A DNA stretch of 64,000 nucleotides from Antedon mediterranea (GCF_964355755.1 NC_092670.1:8484201-8548200), one strand, 5' to 3'; shown: positions 1 through 16,250, counted from the first letter of the stretch. Numbers and translations: made by a program. The notes: generated by a model not told the origin, from the sequence alone.

Positions 1-3375
<3,375 letters not shown>

Positions 3376-4524
3376 ACTCTTTAAATGAAAACACTGTGCT
3401 ATCATGTTTAAATTCAATTACATTATTACCAATCAATCAATTACAAAATTAGAACTTACATATTTCTTTTCACTCTGATTGTTAAAGCATTTGATTGAAA
3501 AGATGGAATTTCTCTATATAAAATATTGTGTTTTGGTAAAGATATGAAGCAAATATATTTTTTATTCTGTAGATGGATTCATGACAGAGAAATCAGTTAA
3601 CTGAACATTTTGTTTAAGTTTTTCATATCTCCCTTTATTTTATGTTATTGTAAAGTGTATTGATTTTATGTATCCTATTCCTCGTTTTCGTCAGTCACAA
3701 AATAGTGTAATTATTATTTGTACAGTGTTACCGCTAGAATAGGCCTAAATAGTAACAATCGGTAATATTACGTGTGTTTACTCGCTTTTGAAATCTTTTC
3801 AATGCAAATTAAAGAGAAATAATATCAACTTGTACCATTCTAAAAATATTAACAGTAAATATTCGTGCAACAACTTTTTAAACAAAATTAACTAGGGCAA
3901 CTACATTGTAAATTATTCCATCTCTAAATTATTTATGGAGTGCTACGATGACATGACTGATCTATTATATTTAAGTTATTGAAATGTTATTCCAATGTGA
4001 TTTCATTATAACAGTGTATACAATGTTATAGGCTTTGATTTATTTTTATATTTGCTTTCATTTTAATTACTTATATGTATGCAATCGTGTTTTCAATCAA
4101 ATAGTTTATAGGCCAGTGTGTTTTGGAGTATATCGCAAAAATAATAGCAGTTTGTACAGTAGGTCAGTGGTGTAGGAAAGAGTGGTATCGCACAAAATTC
4201 CAACAATGCAGAATTACCAATTTATTTGGTTATGTAGTTTGCAATGTTTAATATCTCTGTTTCATTTGATTTAGTATAAAAGTGGAAATTACAATAAAAT
4301 GTTATGATTGCCTTATTTAAATTTAATGTTTCTTCATTTATTTATTTGACCAAAAAACAATAATGTAAAACAAAACTGAGGAGGAGAATCGGTCAGGACG
4401 GTAAAGCAAAGATTTATAATATTCAAAATCAGCATATAAAACAAGGAAAAAAATAATTTAGCGATTTAGAGAAAGATTTATAATTGCCCAGAAGGATTCA
4501 GAGTCAATTGATGATAAAATATAA

Positions 4525-4670
4525 AGCACTGTCTACATAGCACTGTCAACATTTTATGTGACAAAAAATGTGATGAGTGTGAACGTGATGATGTCATATA
4601 CCATATTTGGGCATTTCATTACTACAGTATATTTGGGCAAATCACACTCTTAGTTTGATAAGACAAAGCT
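4525..4670. mobile_element. Small Harbinger-like MITE (AGCTCTGTCTACACTATCAAAC family)
   Basis: Degenerate TIRs and internal CCATATTTGGGCA repeats. Other copies are at 26533-26651, 33822-33962, 40971-41115, 41846-42045, ~45985-46099 and 49186-49315. Confidence 0.75.
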
Positions 4671-5801
4671 ATAGGAAGAGATTCAGAAACAGCTAATTAA
4701 TTTAATTCAAATTCAAACTGTTTATTGCAACAAGGTAAGCATTGTTATATTTACAAAATAACAACTACAATTCATTTCGTCACTTTGACGAATTATTTGT
4801 GATCATTGTGAAAACACAATTTTACTGACGTTTCATTTTTTTTAAATAAAATATGAGCGCAAAACATTGATGTATTCCATCCATGACTTGATGCATAGGC
4901 CTACTATTATAGAGTGCTGCTATTAGTGTCGTATTTAATATATACAGTATATACGGTATATCTATATATACAGTGTAGTAGGTGAAATTACGTGACCCAC
5001 ACTATGTTCTAATGTTTTGGTATGATGATGACAATTTTTGATGACAATGTTTATAACTTTGACGAAAGACGTGATAAAACTACATTTTAATTCAACTGAC
5101 CATTATTATAATGTCAACATTCAACAATTTTTATATGAATTCATATCTACATTTCAGCAGCTTTCATAATAAGTAATCAAGGTCACCTTTAATTCTGAGG
5201 AGATGTAAGATATTCAAATATACGGTGTAAGTAAAAGTACGTAATAAAATTTAAATTTTTTAGGCGTAACGTGACGTCATCAAATTTGAAACTTATGAGT
5301 AAGATTGGTTGAGCAAGCACACATTTTTTTTTAACATATATTGTTTTTAAATCTAATAATATTAACATAAAAATATTTTTTAATTGGATATAATAACTTT
5401 TAAAAGACCTCTACAAAACAAAAATGCAATAAAACAAAACATGATTTGTTTTAATTTACACGTTTTATTAAGAAATTATATTATTATTATTATTATATTA
5501 TTAAACGTGAAATTACACTTGTATTTTAGTAGTAATACTATCTAGCATAGGCCTAGGCTATATTTTTTCTTGTTTGGATTTATAGGCTAGGCATAGCCTA
5601 AAATCCCTAGGCCTATATCATAAATGTAATATTTTAATAATGTACAGAGTAGTAGGCCCAGTCAATTGTTATTTTTTTTTTTAGGCTTAGCCTAAACATA
5701 AAAAGAAAAAAAAAAACTTATTAGGCCTATAATTTACTTTGATATATTAGGCCTAATTATTAATATTATTGTTCTGGTGGTAAATTCATCATTGTTCTTA
5801 C

Positions 5802-6164
5802 CGATTCTTGATTACCAGCCTCCTGTCTTTTTTTAAATGCACTTCTCATAGTTGTACTACTAGGTTTGTTAAATGCAAATATACTTGGTACTGCGTCAGG
5901 TTTCAGGCGGTGTTTTGGCTTGTAAAGATGCGGAGCTAGATCGTGTTTTGGGTCAGGTAGGTAATCTGACTTCATGAAGTGCTTTCCACAAACTCGCAAA
6001 GTTCTGTATGTCGACGGCTTACAGCCGGGATTCAAATTAGCGTTTCTAATAACAGTTAACCATCTTCTGGCCAACGCCTTATCATTTGGAAAGGTATGAA
6101 AGGGTATTCCATCTAATCGTGCTTTTTCGTATTCCCGAAAATTTGAAACAACACACGTCGGCAT
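5802..6164 (-). pseudogene. THAP-domain first coding exon (orphan; second Cys replaced by Phe)
   Basis: MPTCVVSNF...FHTFP...RRW...VCGKHF...LKPDAVPSIF is the THAP (C2CH + AVPTIF) pattern. The donor GTAAGA begins at 5801 on the minus strand. No downstream exon is recognisable. Confidence 0.8.
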
Positions 6165-6178
6165 TTTCAGTTCCCTCT

Positions 6179-9100
6179 TAGCAGGGTTGCTAACTTCCAT
6201 TTTTTATGAAGATTGTGCATTTTGTGACAAAAGCACCAAATTTGGCACAAACCTTCTTTAGGGTATATCTAACAATCCTAGAAGGGGTGCCCAAAAATCG
6301 GAACAATTTAAGGATGTCATTTGGACCACACCCTTTTTTAGTATTACGTAATTAGGTGAAAACTTAAATCTTCGTATATACATACCAAGTTTGGTATCAA
6401 ATTAAAACTCATGACATGTACATTGCAATACACACATAAAAAATATATGATTTCTCTTCAGACGGAATATATAGGTCAAATAATGTCATTTTCTGTCATA
6501 TTGAAGGTGATTTTAATCAAAACGCGCCAATATTGGGCTATGTTATGAACATTGTAGTTATAAGAACAACAACATTCATTTTTGTAATAGAACTACTAAT
6601 ATATATTTATCCTGTATCAGTTACTTTCCTTTAACATAATATTAGGAACCACTGAAAAAAAGTATATAAAACATATACTGTATCAAACTTGGCTCAATAA
6701 TCACTGGACTAAGTAAACAGACAAAAGACCATTTGACTGACAATTATGGCGTTAGCATCCATAACAATATATGGAGGTGATTATCAACTTTAATTTTATG
6801 AAATTATTTATCTGGAAACAAACACTTATAATGGTACAGAGTTGCTAGATGACGAACAAGTTCCACGGCATGGGTAACAAAGACCAGTGCAAGAAAGACT
6901 GCTGAACGGCACTTGCAGTTCCCTGAGCAATGCAGGCAACCCATTCCTCGATAATTGTTCAGAACTTCTGGTCTTGGATGCTCGAGATTGTGCCAATGAA
7001 AGTGCAGTAGTGACAGTTCGTACAATTCAGGATGTAGGTACTACCCAGTACCAAAAATATTTCAAGGAAGTTATTCTCGACAGAAGTGTTGCAATTCAAC
7101 AAGCCATCAAACAGAATAAGCTGCCGTTGTCAAAACATGACACCATGGTCAAAATCAGTGTCCAAAACAAAGCAACAAGTTAAGAGTTTAAAAAGTGACT
7201 GCAGCCTATTCAGTCGACTGTATATTGCAAGTCAATCTCGTGATGGAGATTTGGAAGACTTCTTCATGCATGAAAACCAGCCATGGCCACCCTCTTAGGC
7301 AGTAAATGGAAAGCTTCGACTACCAACTAAGAAGTCTGAGTTGCTACAGCATTTGGAGACTGAAGGCCAGCCTGAACCTTCTACATATTTTGGCGTAAAG
7401 GTGTTTGACGGAGCTGCTATTGTCCATGCTCTTTCCAGCAACCATGCATTTACTTTTGATGACTACGGTGATAAGGTGAGTACATTTCTTTGCATTCAGG
7501 ATTGTATCTATTGTTTAACCACCACATAATTGGTCACTTCTATATGCGGATCGTTATTCTTGTATCATTTGTATGACAGGTCTTTCTACCGTAGACCAGA
7601 CAGCAGCTGCAGAATAGTAACAGAATTGATATAGTGTGGGACACTTACAGAACAGATAGTCTTAAGCAGTTTACAGGAGAAAAAAGAGGAAAAGGGGTAG
7701 GAGGAAAGTTGGGCGACCAAAAAAGATTCCAGGGAATTTTCCAGACTTTCTGAAAGATCCGGTAAATAAAGAGGAGTTATTTAACTTTTTAACTACAAAG
7801 GTGTCTACCCATGATTACTCTGACTGCAAAGAAGTTTACATTACATCACTTATACAGTTTCATACCAATAATTAATTAAAAAGGCATATTAAATTAGTAA
7901 GTAATTCTTGATATATGTCCTGTAGGCGAGTCTGTTGTATGTTGACATCTACTCAACCTATGTCAATCTGCGACCATGAATAGGCCGACTCCAGGATGTG
8001 CATTCACATTGATGATGCCTTAAAGAAAGACAGCAGGGTTATTTTGGTGCGTACAGTTGATACTGATGTCATTGTTATCCTGGTTGGTATTTTCTGCAAT
8101 CTAATAGCCTGTTATCCTGGTACGTGTATCTGGGTCGCATTTGGCATGGGTGTAAGCACTTCCAATTATTTTAATATAAGTACCATCTGCCATAATCTAG
8201 GAGGATAAGTCAAGAGGGCTGCCAGTTTTTCATGCATTTACTGGGTCCGATACTACATCCCCGTTCTTCGGAAAAGCAAAACACTCTGCATGGGAGACGT
8301 GGAACTCATTTCCAGCAGTCACAGAAGCCTTTCTTTTCATGGCACATCACACTTTCAAATCTCTAGGAGTCAACTCATCTCAATTCCAGTTACTAGAGGA
8401 GTTTACATGTCATCTATACGACAAGACAAGTACTTTAAGAAGTGTTACTAAGCTAAGACAAGATCTTTTTTTCAAGAAAGGCACGGACAATGGACAACAT
8501 TCCTCCTACACAGGTAAGGGGAGCTTCCATATAATTGTCAATTGTCGTTTAATAATTTATTATCAGGTTCATGTTTTTTTTTCATTAAAAGCTAACACCA
8601 ATCTTTAAATTGTTTATTGCAGGATGCACTTTTACAGCATTCCAACCGATCCATATACCAGCCAAGCATTTGGACCACCAGTCTACAGCCACAGCAGAAT
8701 GCTCCATCACCAGAAGACTTTGGTTGGACTAAAACCGGCAGTACATGGACACCAGTCTGGACAATACTACCTGAAGCATCCAAGGCATGTAGGGAATTGC
8801 TAAAGTGTGGCTGCAAAAAGTTGCCTTTTTGCTCAGGGAACTGCAAGTGCCGTTCAGCAGTGCACTGGTCTTGTTACCCATGCCGTGGAACTTGTTCGTC
8901 ATCTAGCAACTCTGTACCATTATAAGTGTTTGTTTCCAGATAAATAATTTCATAAAAGTAAAGTTGATAATCACCTCCATGTATTGTTATGGATGCTAAC
9001 GCTATAATTGTCAGTCAAATGGTCTTTTGTCGGTTTACTAATAGTCCAGTGGTTATTGAGCCAAGTTTGATACAGTATATGTTTTATATACTTTTTTTCA

Positions 9101-9561
9101 GTGGTTCCTAATATTATGTTAAAGGAAAGTAACTGGTACAGGATAAATATATATTAGTACTATTACAAAAATGAATGTTGTTTTCTTATAACTACAATGT
9201 TCATAACACTGCACAATATTGGCACGTTTTGATTGAAATACCCTTCAATATGACAGAAAATTACATTATTTTACCTATATATTCCGTCTGAAGAGAAATC
9301 ATATATTTTTTATGTGTGTATTGCAATGTACATGTCATGAGTTTTAATTTGATACCAAACTTGGTATGTATATACGAAGATTTAAGTTTTCACCTAATTA
9401 CGTAATACTAAAAAAAGGGCGTGGTCCAAATGACATCGTTAAATTGTTCCGATTTTTGGGCACCCCTTCTAGGATTGTTAGATATACCCTAAAGAAGGTT
9501 TGTGCCAAATTTGGTGCTTTTGTCACAAAGTGCACAAAAAAAGTGCTAAGTTCCCCTGCTA
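6179..9561 (+). mobile_element. Academ-superfamily (XPG-nuclease/Cys8 type) DNA transposon, non-autonomous derivative
   Basis: Termini are TAGCAGGG...CCCTGCTA with a 3-bp TSD TCT (6176-6178, 9562-9564). Long inverted arms lie at ~6213-6930 and ~8829-9537. The decayed, intron-containing ORF has GNPF, HENQ, FDGAAIVH, HE*ADSR, VRTVDTDV, HAFTGSDTTS, SPEDFGW and CGCKK..C.GNCKC motifs. Confidence 0.82.
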
Positions 9562-10689
9562 TCTCTCTACTACTACTCTACACAATGTTGATCACACCAC
9601 CGTCACACACACGAGGAGGAGGAAGCTCGCACACGGCCCAAAAATCGCTAGCTAGCAGAGAAAAAGTTTTGAGTCCGATATGGTTGAATGATTCCAGAAC
9701 GTCATACGTCATGTTTCTACTAGCTACTCTTCGGGTCCCATAGACAAGTCTCGCAAAGCGCGAACATTTCTAGTAAACACACTTTTTAAATAAATCGTAA
9801 AAAAATATAAAAGTTGAATTGTTTTATTGTTTGTTTTGTCTATCTGGATATTGAAGTGTTTCTTCAAAATACCAGGAAAACATTTTGGCAAATTTAAGTA
9901 ATTTAAAAGGTTAAATAAGCAATTGAAGTGACGGTACCTATCTATTGTATGGTAACAACAGCGAAAACTCATTAAGTAGATTATGCGATGCACCTATGAC
10001 GTCACAGCAATTTACGGCGACGGCTGTACGGCGAGCGCGTGCGGCGATATCCTCGATTTCGCGATGGTTCTGAAATCATATGTATACCCCTAATACGTTT
10101 TTAAAATATGGTCCTCGGTACAGTTGTCCTTTTTGTTGTGGTGAAGTGTTGGACTTAAACCACACAAAATGATTCATTTTCGTTCTATATTGTATATAGC
10201 TTTGGTTTTTATTATTTATTGTTCTAATTTTGTGGCTGTAACGCTTATTAACCCTGTACTACAATAAATTGAAGATGTCCAATACCATTCTGTTTGCCTT
10301 TACTAATCGCACCGATTTTTCTTTACGATAGCTAAATGTGTTAAAATATATTACACAAAAGACAACACAGGCACACTTAAGTTATGTCGTTATTGCTATT
10401 TTAATTATATTTAATTTGGTATATGATTATGATGCAAAGGCAAAGTTATTCTTTATTTGCTACTTAAATTTAAAGTTACAATATTCATCACTGATCACTC
10501 AGTAGAAATTGTTATTTTCATTTGCAAGCAGCTTGAATTAAACCCTAAGAAATAACATTTTCATAAATAGGCCTAAAGACATTTTTATAAAATTTCTTAA
10601 TTTAAAACAATAAAAGGCGTAGGCCTATAATTGAAAAAAGAATGAGGCCTAAAATGGATTTTTTTTTAAATAATTATAACATAGAAGAA

Positions 10690-10875
10690 ATGTGTTTCCA
10701 ATGGCTGACGGCTAGTGACAATGAATTGAGACGGATCGCCAACTTGGTCGGTCTTCAGTAAGTTGATATTATTATACGAGTAGGTTGTCCAATTTTTATT
10801 CTATCAAACCATCTTGACTTTGGTCGTCCTGGTCTCCGAGCACTTTTCTATTTTTCCTTGCATTCTAGTAAAATT
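10690..10875 (-). mobile_element. Degraded RTE-like LINE 3' fragment
   Basis: The minus strand reads RRPGRPKSRWFD, resembling the RTE ORF C-terminal motif. Confidence 0.45.
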
Positions 10876-10889
10876 TTCGAAATAATATA

Positions 10890-12560
10890 GGGGAGGATGG
10901 GGTAAGTGGTCCAATTAATGAGTTTTTATCATAAAATAAATACAGCCAGTGGTAGTAAAACTTAATATAAATACCATGATTAGATGGTCTATATACTTGG
11001 TTACTTATATCCAAAAGTTATTTTGGATTAATTATTTGGAATTAATTAATTTGAATTAATTGGTGACGACTGCTCTGCTGGACCACTTGCCCCGTCAGTG
11101 GGGTAACTGGACAAATATACAAAATACATAAAGAAACAATTTTTGATGACAGAATATTGTTTTTTATTTATCATAACATAATATTTACAAAAGCAAGTCA
11201 TGAACTGTACATGACATTTAATAAAATAATTACATATTTAAACTTCAATTTTTCATGTTTAAACATAGCTTATCATACGCAAAAGTTTTTCACAGTATTA
11301 TTCATGGCTTTTGACAATTGCAAGTTCATTCGATATCATCATCATACCCATATTCATTTATACAGTTTGTGCAAATAAATGTATGCATCTGTCCTCTCCA
11401 TGGAGTACATTCATCATGATACCATGCACTACATGAGCGACATGATGTCCACGATTCATTGTCAAAATATGTTGCATTTTGCGCAAGTGTAGTGTCATCA
11501 TCATCGCTGTATTCACTCACTGGTAATACAAGTCTGTTTGTCTGGTACACCGTAGCGCTTTGCTGCTTCACAACTCAGTTCCCCATTCTTTACGGCCTCC
11601 ACTGCATTCACATTTTGACTCTATGTCCCATTTATTTTGGGCGCCCCATTTTGTGGGCTTGTATGTTCTAACCATACTGAAATATGTATAGAAATTTTTA
11701 AAAATAATTAAAATTAATACATAAAACAAACAAAAATATCATAATTAAATAATAATAATAATTCATAATTGCATATGACACCATAACTAACTGTTTTAGA
11801 GTGTTTTAATGTCAATTTAAAGCCAAAAATGGTTGGACCACTTACCCCAATACCCACTGGACCACTTACCCCAATAATTTTAACATTATTAAAATATGAC
11901 ATTACAAATTCAATTTTTGGTATATATACACTAAAAATGTATTTTCTACAGATGACTAACATACATATTTTAGTAATTATTCATAATTAAACCTATTTAA
12001 CTAATTAGATGGCAAGAATGACCGTTTTTATAGTTTGGCCTATATGTTTTAATAGGCTGGCAGCCATTTTGAAATTCACGCTTTAGGGGTACGTTAAACA
12101 GGGTACAAATCAAGCCTAAAATATGGAATTTTTAATACCAATTATTAAAATCAACAAGATCCACTCATATTAATTCTAACTAATTTATATTTTCTATTTA
12201 TAAAAATATTAACAATAGAACAACAAATTAGGCCATTTAAGCAATATTAATAATGCCTATTGCACATAGATGCTGTTTTTGTACTGCCAGTTTTAAAAAA
12301 TGAGGTCGTAAAAAAAATGATTCTGAACTATTTGGTCCAGTCACTTAATTAAACAAAGCGCCATTGATACAGGCACAACGCACACTGTCAGCTTTCATTT
12401 TTTTCAAGCTACAAAATGTACTAGGCCTAGGGCCTAGGCCTAGGATGATTTTTTAATCTTTAAAGTAGTTAAAAATCACTTTAAACTTACCTTCTTGAAA
12501 CAATCCTTCTAAGAGTGTATTTTTCAATAGATAACTGATAGACGAAAGTTGAAAAATTGC
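10890..12560 (-). mobile_element. pogo-like DNA transposon relic with C-terminal PHD-like finger
   Basis: One terminus reads TA|GGGGAGGATGGGGTAAGTGGTCCA, with internal TGGACCACTTACCCC repeats at ~11079, 11835 and 11858. ORF 11326-11571 contains WTSCRSCSAWYHDEC...FICTNC. The second terminus was not found, so the right boundary is approximate. Confidence 0.55.
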
Positions 12561-12611
12561 GATTTTGGTAAGTAAACTAATGAGACAGCGTGTTAATTCA
12601 TGTACTAGTAT

Positions 12612-12923
12612 ACAAATAATGAATGTTTATGAGTGCAATGGTACAAATAATGGCACGAGGTGAATGATGAAAGGTTATATCAACGAGGCAAAGCCGAGTT
12701 GATATAACCTTTCATCATTCACCAAGTGCCATTATTTGTACCATTACACGAATACAAAACATTCATTATTTGTTTTATATAACATCTAGACGCTTTTTTT
12801 TTCGTACACAAAAATGTTTCAAAAAGTACTATTTAACGATCGTTGAATAGTGCGTACTATTGCACGCCATGCGACCCACATTCGTCCAATCAAATGACAG
12901 GAATTTATATAGGTGTTATATAA
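12612..12923. mobile_element. Hairpin-type non-autonomous element
   Basis: A ~160-bp near-perfect palindrome at 12612-12773 is centred on CGAGGCAAAGCCGAG. A second inverted pair is TTATATAACATCTA (12775) / TAGGTGTTATATAA (12910). Confidence 0.7.
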
Positions 12924-13726
12924 TAATTTATGTCAAAGTTCATAATAAAAAATAAGGTCTATAGAGGATAGTATAGCACAGTCGGAGAGCCGCGTTGGGA
13001 AATATGACCGTTATCGCGAAATTTTCGACTTCGCATGACGTCATTAATTTTAGAAGCCCTCTCTCGGCACAGAGGCATCAACGTTTCGCGCGAAAACATT
13101 AGCATAAAGTATACGTCATTTTATAGCTGTTTAATAAACATTAATAGGCGAAAAATTAACCATATATGGTAAGATCAGTTCCTTATATGTTTAAGATGTC
13201 GCAGGTCACCTAATTTTCGGAATAATTTGTTGGATTTGTTGTCAGTGACAGTTTCTTTCCAAAGTTCGTGTGCAGCCGTCAAAGCTGAAGTTTTCTGACT
13301 TGTGTTTGTTTACAAATTTTCCATTAGTGGGATTTGCATCCCATACAGTGAATTACCAAAAAATCGGCGTATATGGATAGAGTAAGTATCAATAGTCTGT
13401 TTTACGTTAAAATTGGCTTGAAACCCTATTTAAGCTTCCTACAGCGAACATTTTAAAAAAGGTCCTCATTTCACATAATTGTTACGTCTCGCGGCACCAG
13501 TTCCGTCGTGTGTGGTGCATGGTGTGTTGATTGTGGTTGTTGCAGGTGTGGGTGTGTGCACGACCTGGTGGATCGTTGTCGTAATATCGGCCTAGGCTTA
13601 GCCTTAGTAACATGTTGATAATTAAAATACTTTAGTTACAATTTAGTATTATTAAAGTTTCGTTAATCCTACTCTATATTGAAGATGCGTTGGGAAGGTT
13701 TTAAAAAGATAATTAAGCCAATCGCA

Positions 13727-13764
13727 GCCTGACCATGGAGTAATTCTTTACTCCATGGCCTGAC
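13727..13764. mobile_element. P-element-like excision footprint / micro-MITE
   Basis: GCCTGAC [CATGGAGTAATTCTTTACTCCATG] GCCTGAC: a 24-bp palindrome flanked by a 7-bp direct repeat. Confidence 0.7.
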
Positions 13765-14076
13765 ATATAGTTAAATATCCTCATTATTGGCAACTGATGG
13801 GTACAATTTATTTACTGTATTAATAATTATACAATAAATATACAGAAACAAGGAAGTTTTGTGTTTAGTGCTTTTTTATGGTAGGCTTACAGTACAGTCA
13901 TATTTTATCTGAATATGTTTTCAGGTTGTGGATTAATTATATAATTATACAGTATTTAAGAAAATGTTTTCGTCATAGTGACAATTATTTAAATAGTTCT
14001 TTACATTTCAGCTATTCATTTTCATTTCAGGTTTTTTGTTGGTATCAAGATTTTCTATCTCGTTCTTCAATATGAG

Positions 14077-14117
14077 GTTGGACCATGGAGGTATAAAATA
14101 GACCTCCATGGTTGGAC
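14077..14117. mobile_element. P-element-like excision footprint / micro-MITE
   Basis: GTTGGAC [CATGGAGGTATAAAATAGACCTCCATG] GTTGGAC: a 27-bp palindrome flanked by a 7-bp direct repeat. Confidence 0.7.
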
Positions 14118-16250
14118 GGTGGAAGCTGTAAAGTGGTTTTCTCGATTTCAATATCATTGCTGATAGTTTTTCATTTTATTCGCTAATATAACATATAAAT
14201 TTATATTCATTTAAGTTGTAGAAGTGTTTCAGATCAGTAAATTTTTTATAAAGATATAAATTAAGTTGCAATTGATTGATTGATTTACTTTATTAACCAG
14301 AGTCGCACAGATGCATACAATATAAACATAAAACAATCATAAAATCAGTACAATTAACAGTAAGACTCAAGTAAAAATGATATCTCAAAAAGTACATATG
14401 GTGGCATATTTTATATTTACAGTATTAAGCCTAGCTAGTTTGTTATGTCTGATGAACAAGGTGCTATTAGAAGTTTTTATATACAGTAGTATTTACTATT
14501 TGTATCAGTAATTGTTTGAAAGGTTGTATTTTTTCACATTCTGTATATGTATACATAAAAAGAAAAAATGTATTGCTTGTGTGAAATGTAAGTTGTATCT
14601 AATAAAGTAATAGAATATTTCTGTATACAAGTGTGACATTTACTGCCATATATTGATATACTTATAAGTACCAACCAATTAACAATACTCAGGTAAATGA
14701 TGGGCTAATAATTATCTTTTTTTAAAAACATGACCATATAAAAATACATGGTTGAGTCTCTCAAACAAAAGATGCCTGATTTTATAAATAACATTCCCCA
14801 CCATATTTATATATAAATTGAAAATGGGTTATCTTTTTGCACCTTGTTTTTCAATTTATTGTTTTTTAACAGTTTTTGTAATTTTTTCTGGGCCTAGGTT
14901 CTTCTTCAGGCTTCTTCTTGCTTGGTATATGAGCTGAGATAGACCTACCAGCCTAGATTATGGAATACCCAGATTATGTCTACTTCTACTCCAGCTACTA
15001 TAGGCCCTATAACATTACTCCATGCTATAACACAAACTACTATAGTATCAGAATTACTAGCCTAAACTAGGCCTAGAAAATACTATTTTTAGGCCTAGCT
15101 AGGCTAGAAGTTAAGTAAGTAATTATAGTAGCTAGTCTAAGTAGGCCTTTCCTAGCTCAGAAACCAAATAGAACAATAATCGGGCAGCAGATTGAAACCT
15201 TAGGCCTGTGACGCAGTACGCCTGCATGAACAACCAGATTAAACAGGGACACGATTCGGTCCGGGTCGATTCGTACCAGCTTCGTAAAACGTAAACAAAG
15301 TTTCAAAATGGCGGTTTTTCGATCGTAACTGAACAGAAATGTAGTAGGTTTGGTTTGATTAGTGCGAGTTGCATCCCAAGAAAGCTTAAAATTAGATTTT
15401 TATTTTAATAGATAGCTTAATAGTTTATCTTGAAAGGATTTTAAATTCGCTTTGAAACCTTATCTAGAAAATATGAAATTTAATGATTTTTTACCATCAT
15501 TTAAAAAAAAATATAAATAAAAAAGTTTATACACAAAATAATGATATTTCTCGAAACAAAAAAACTGTGGAATTTAGATCACAGTTTTTATCATTATTTA
15601 CGCTTGCAGTTCAACTATTGAAATACGTTTATTGATTTCATCTAATATCAAAATTATACAATTTTCAAAGTGTACTAAAATAGCAAAAATTCCAACATTT
15701 TCCACGAAGCGCGCCCTCACAATGAATGAAATCAGTGATGCGTTACCAACGCGGCTTTCCGACTGAGCAGCAATTGAAGAAAAACTTTTAAAAAAAATAT
15801 TTGGTTGAGGACACACGTCACACCACGCCACACGACACGTGGTGTGATGAGAGGAGAATAGTAGAGACACACGTGACATACACATTTCAACAGCTTGATT
15901 TCACCAAAGATAGTGTTTGATTTCACTGTAAAGATAATGTACTTACAATACTAATGATTGATGAATATTTAAGTTAAGGTAGCTATGCTAGTTACTAACT
16001 ATACATTACTTCTAGGTATAGGCCTCCTAGGCATGTTATTTCATGAAGTGATATTACTCAATGGTTAAATAATTAATTTACTACCTAGCAGCTAGAATTT
16101 CGCTAGTATAGTACAGTTGTAACATGATAACCGATCAGTGCTACTGTACAGTTAGGTCGCGATTCAAATCGGCCGTGGTGTTACGTATTCGGTCGCTGCA
16201 CCGCTCGACTTTCAGTTTCAGGAAAATATATCTATGGCTATTATTAGTAA

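Larger units (their letters stand above)
12977..15767. mobile_element. Putative non-coding CAC-terminus DNA transposon (Transib/Chapaev-like)
   Basis: 22-bp inverted repeat CACAGTCGGAGAGCCGCGTTGG / CCAACGCGGCTTTCCGACTGAG (20/22 match). No TSD is preserved. Confidence 0.45.
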
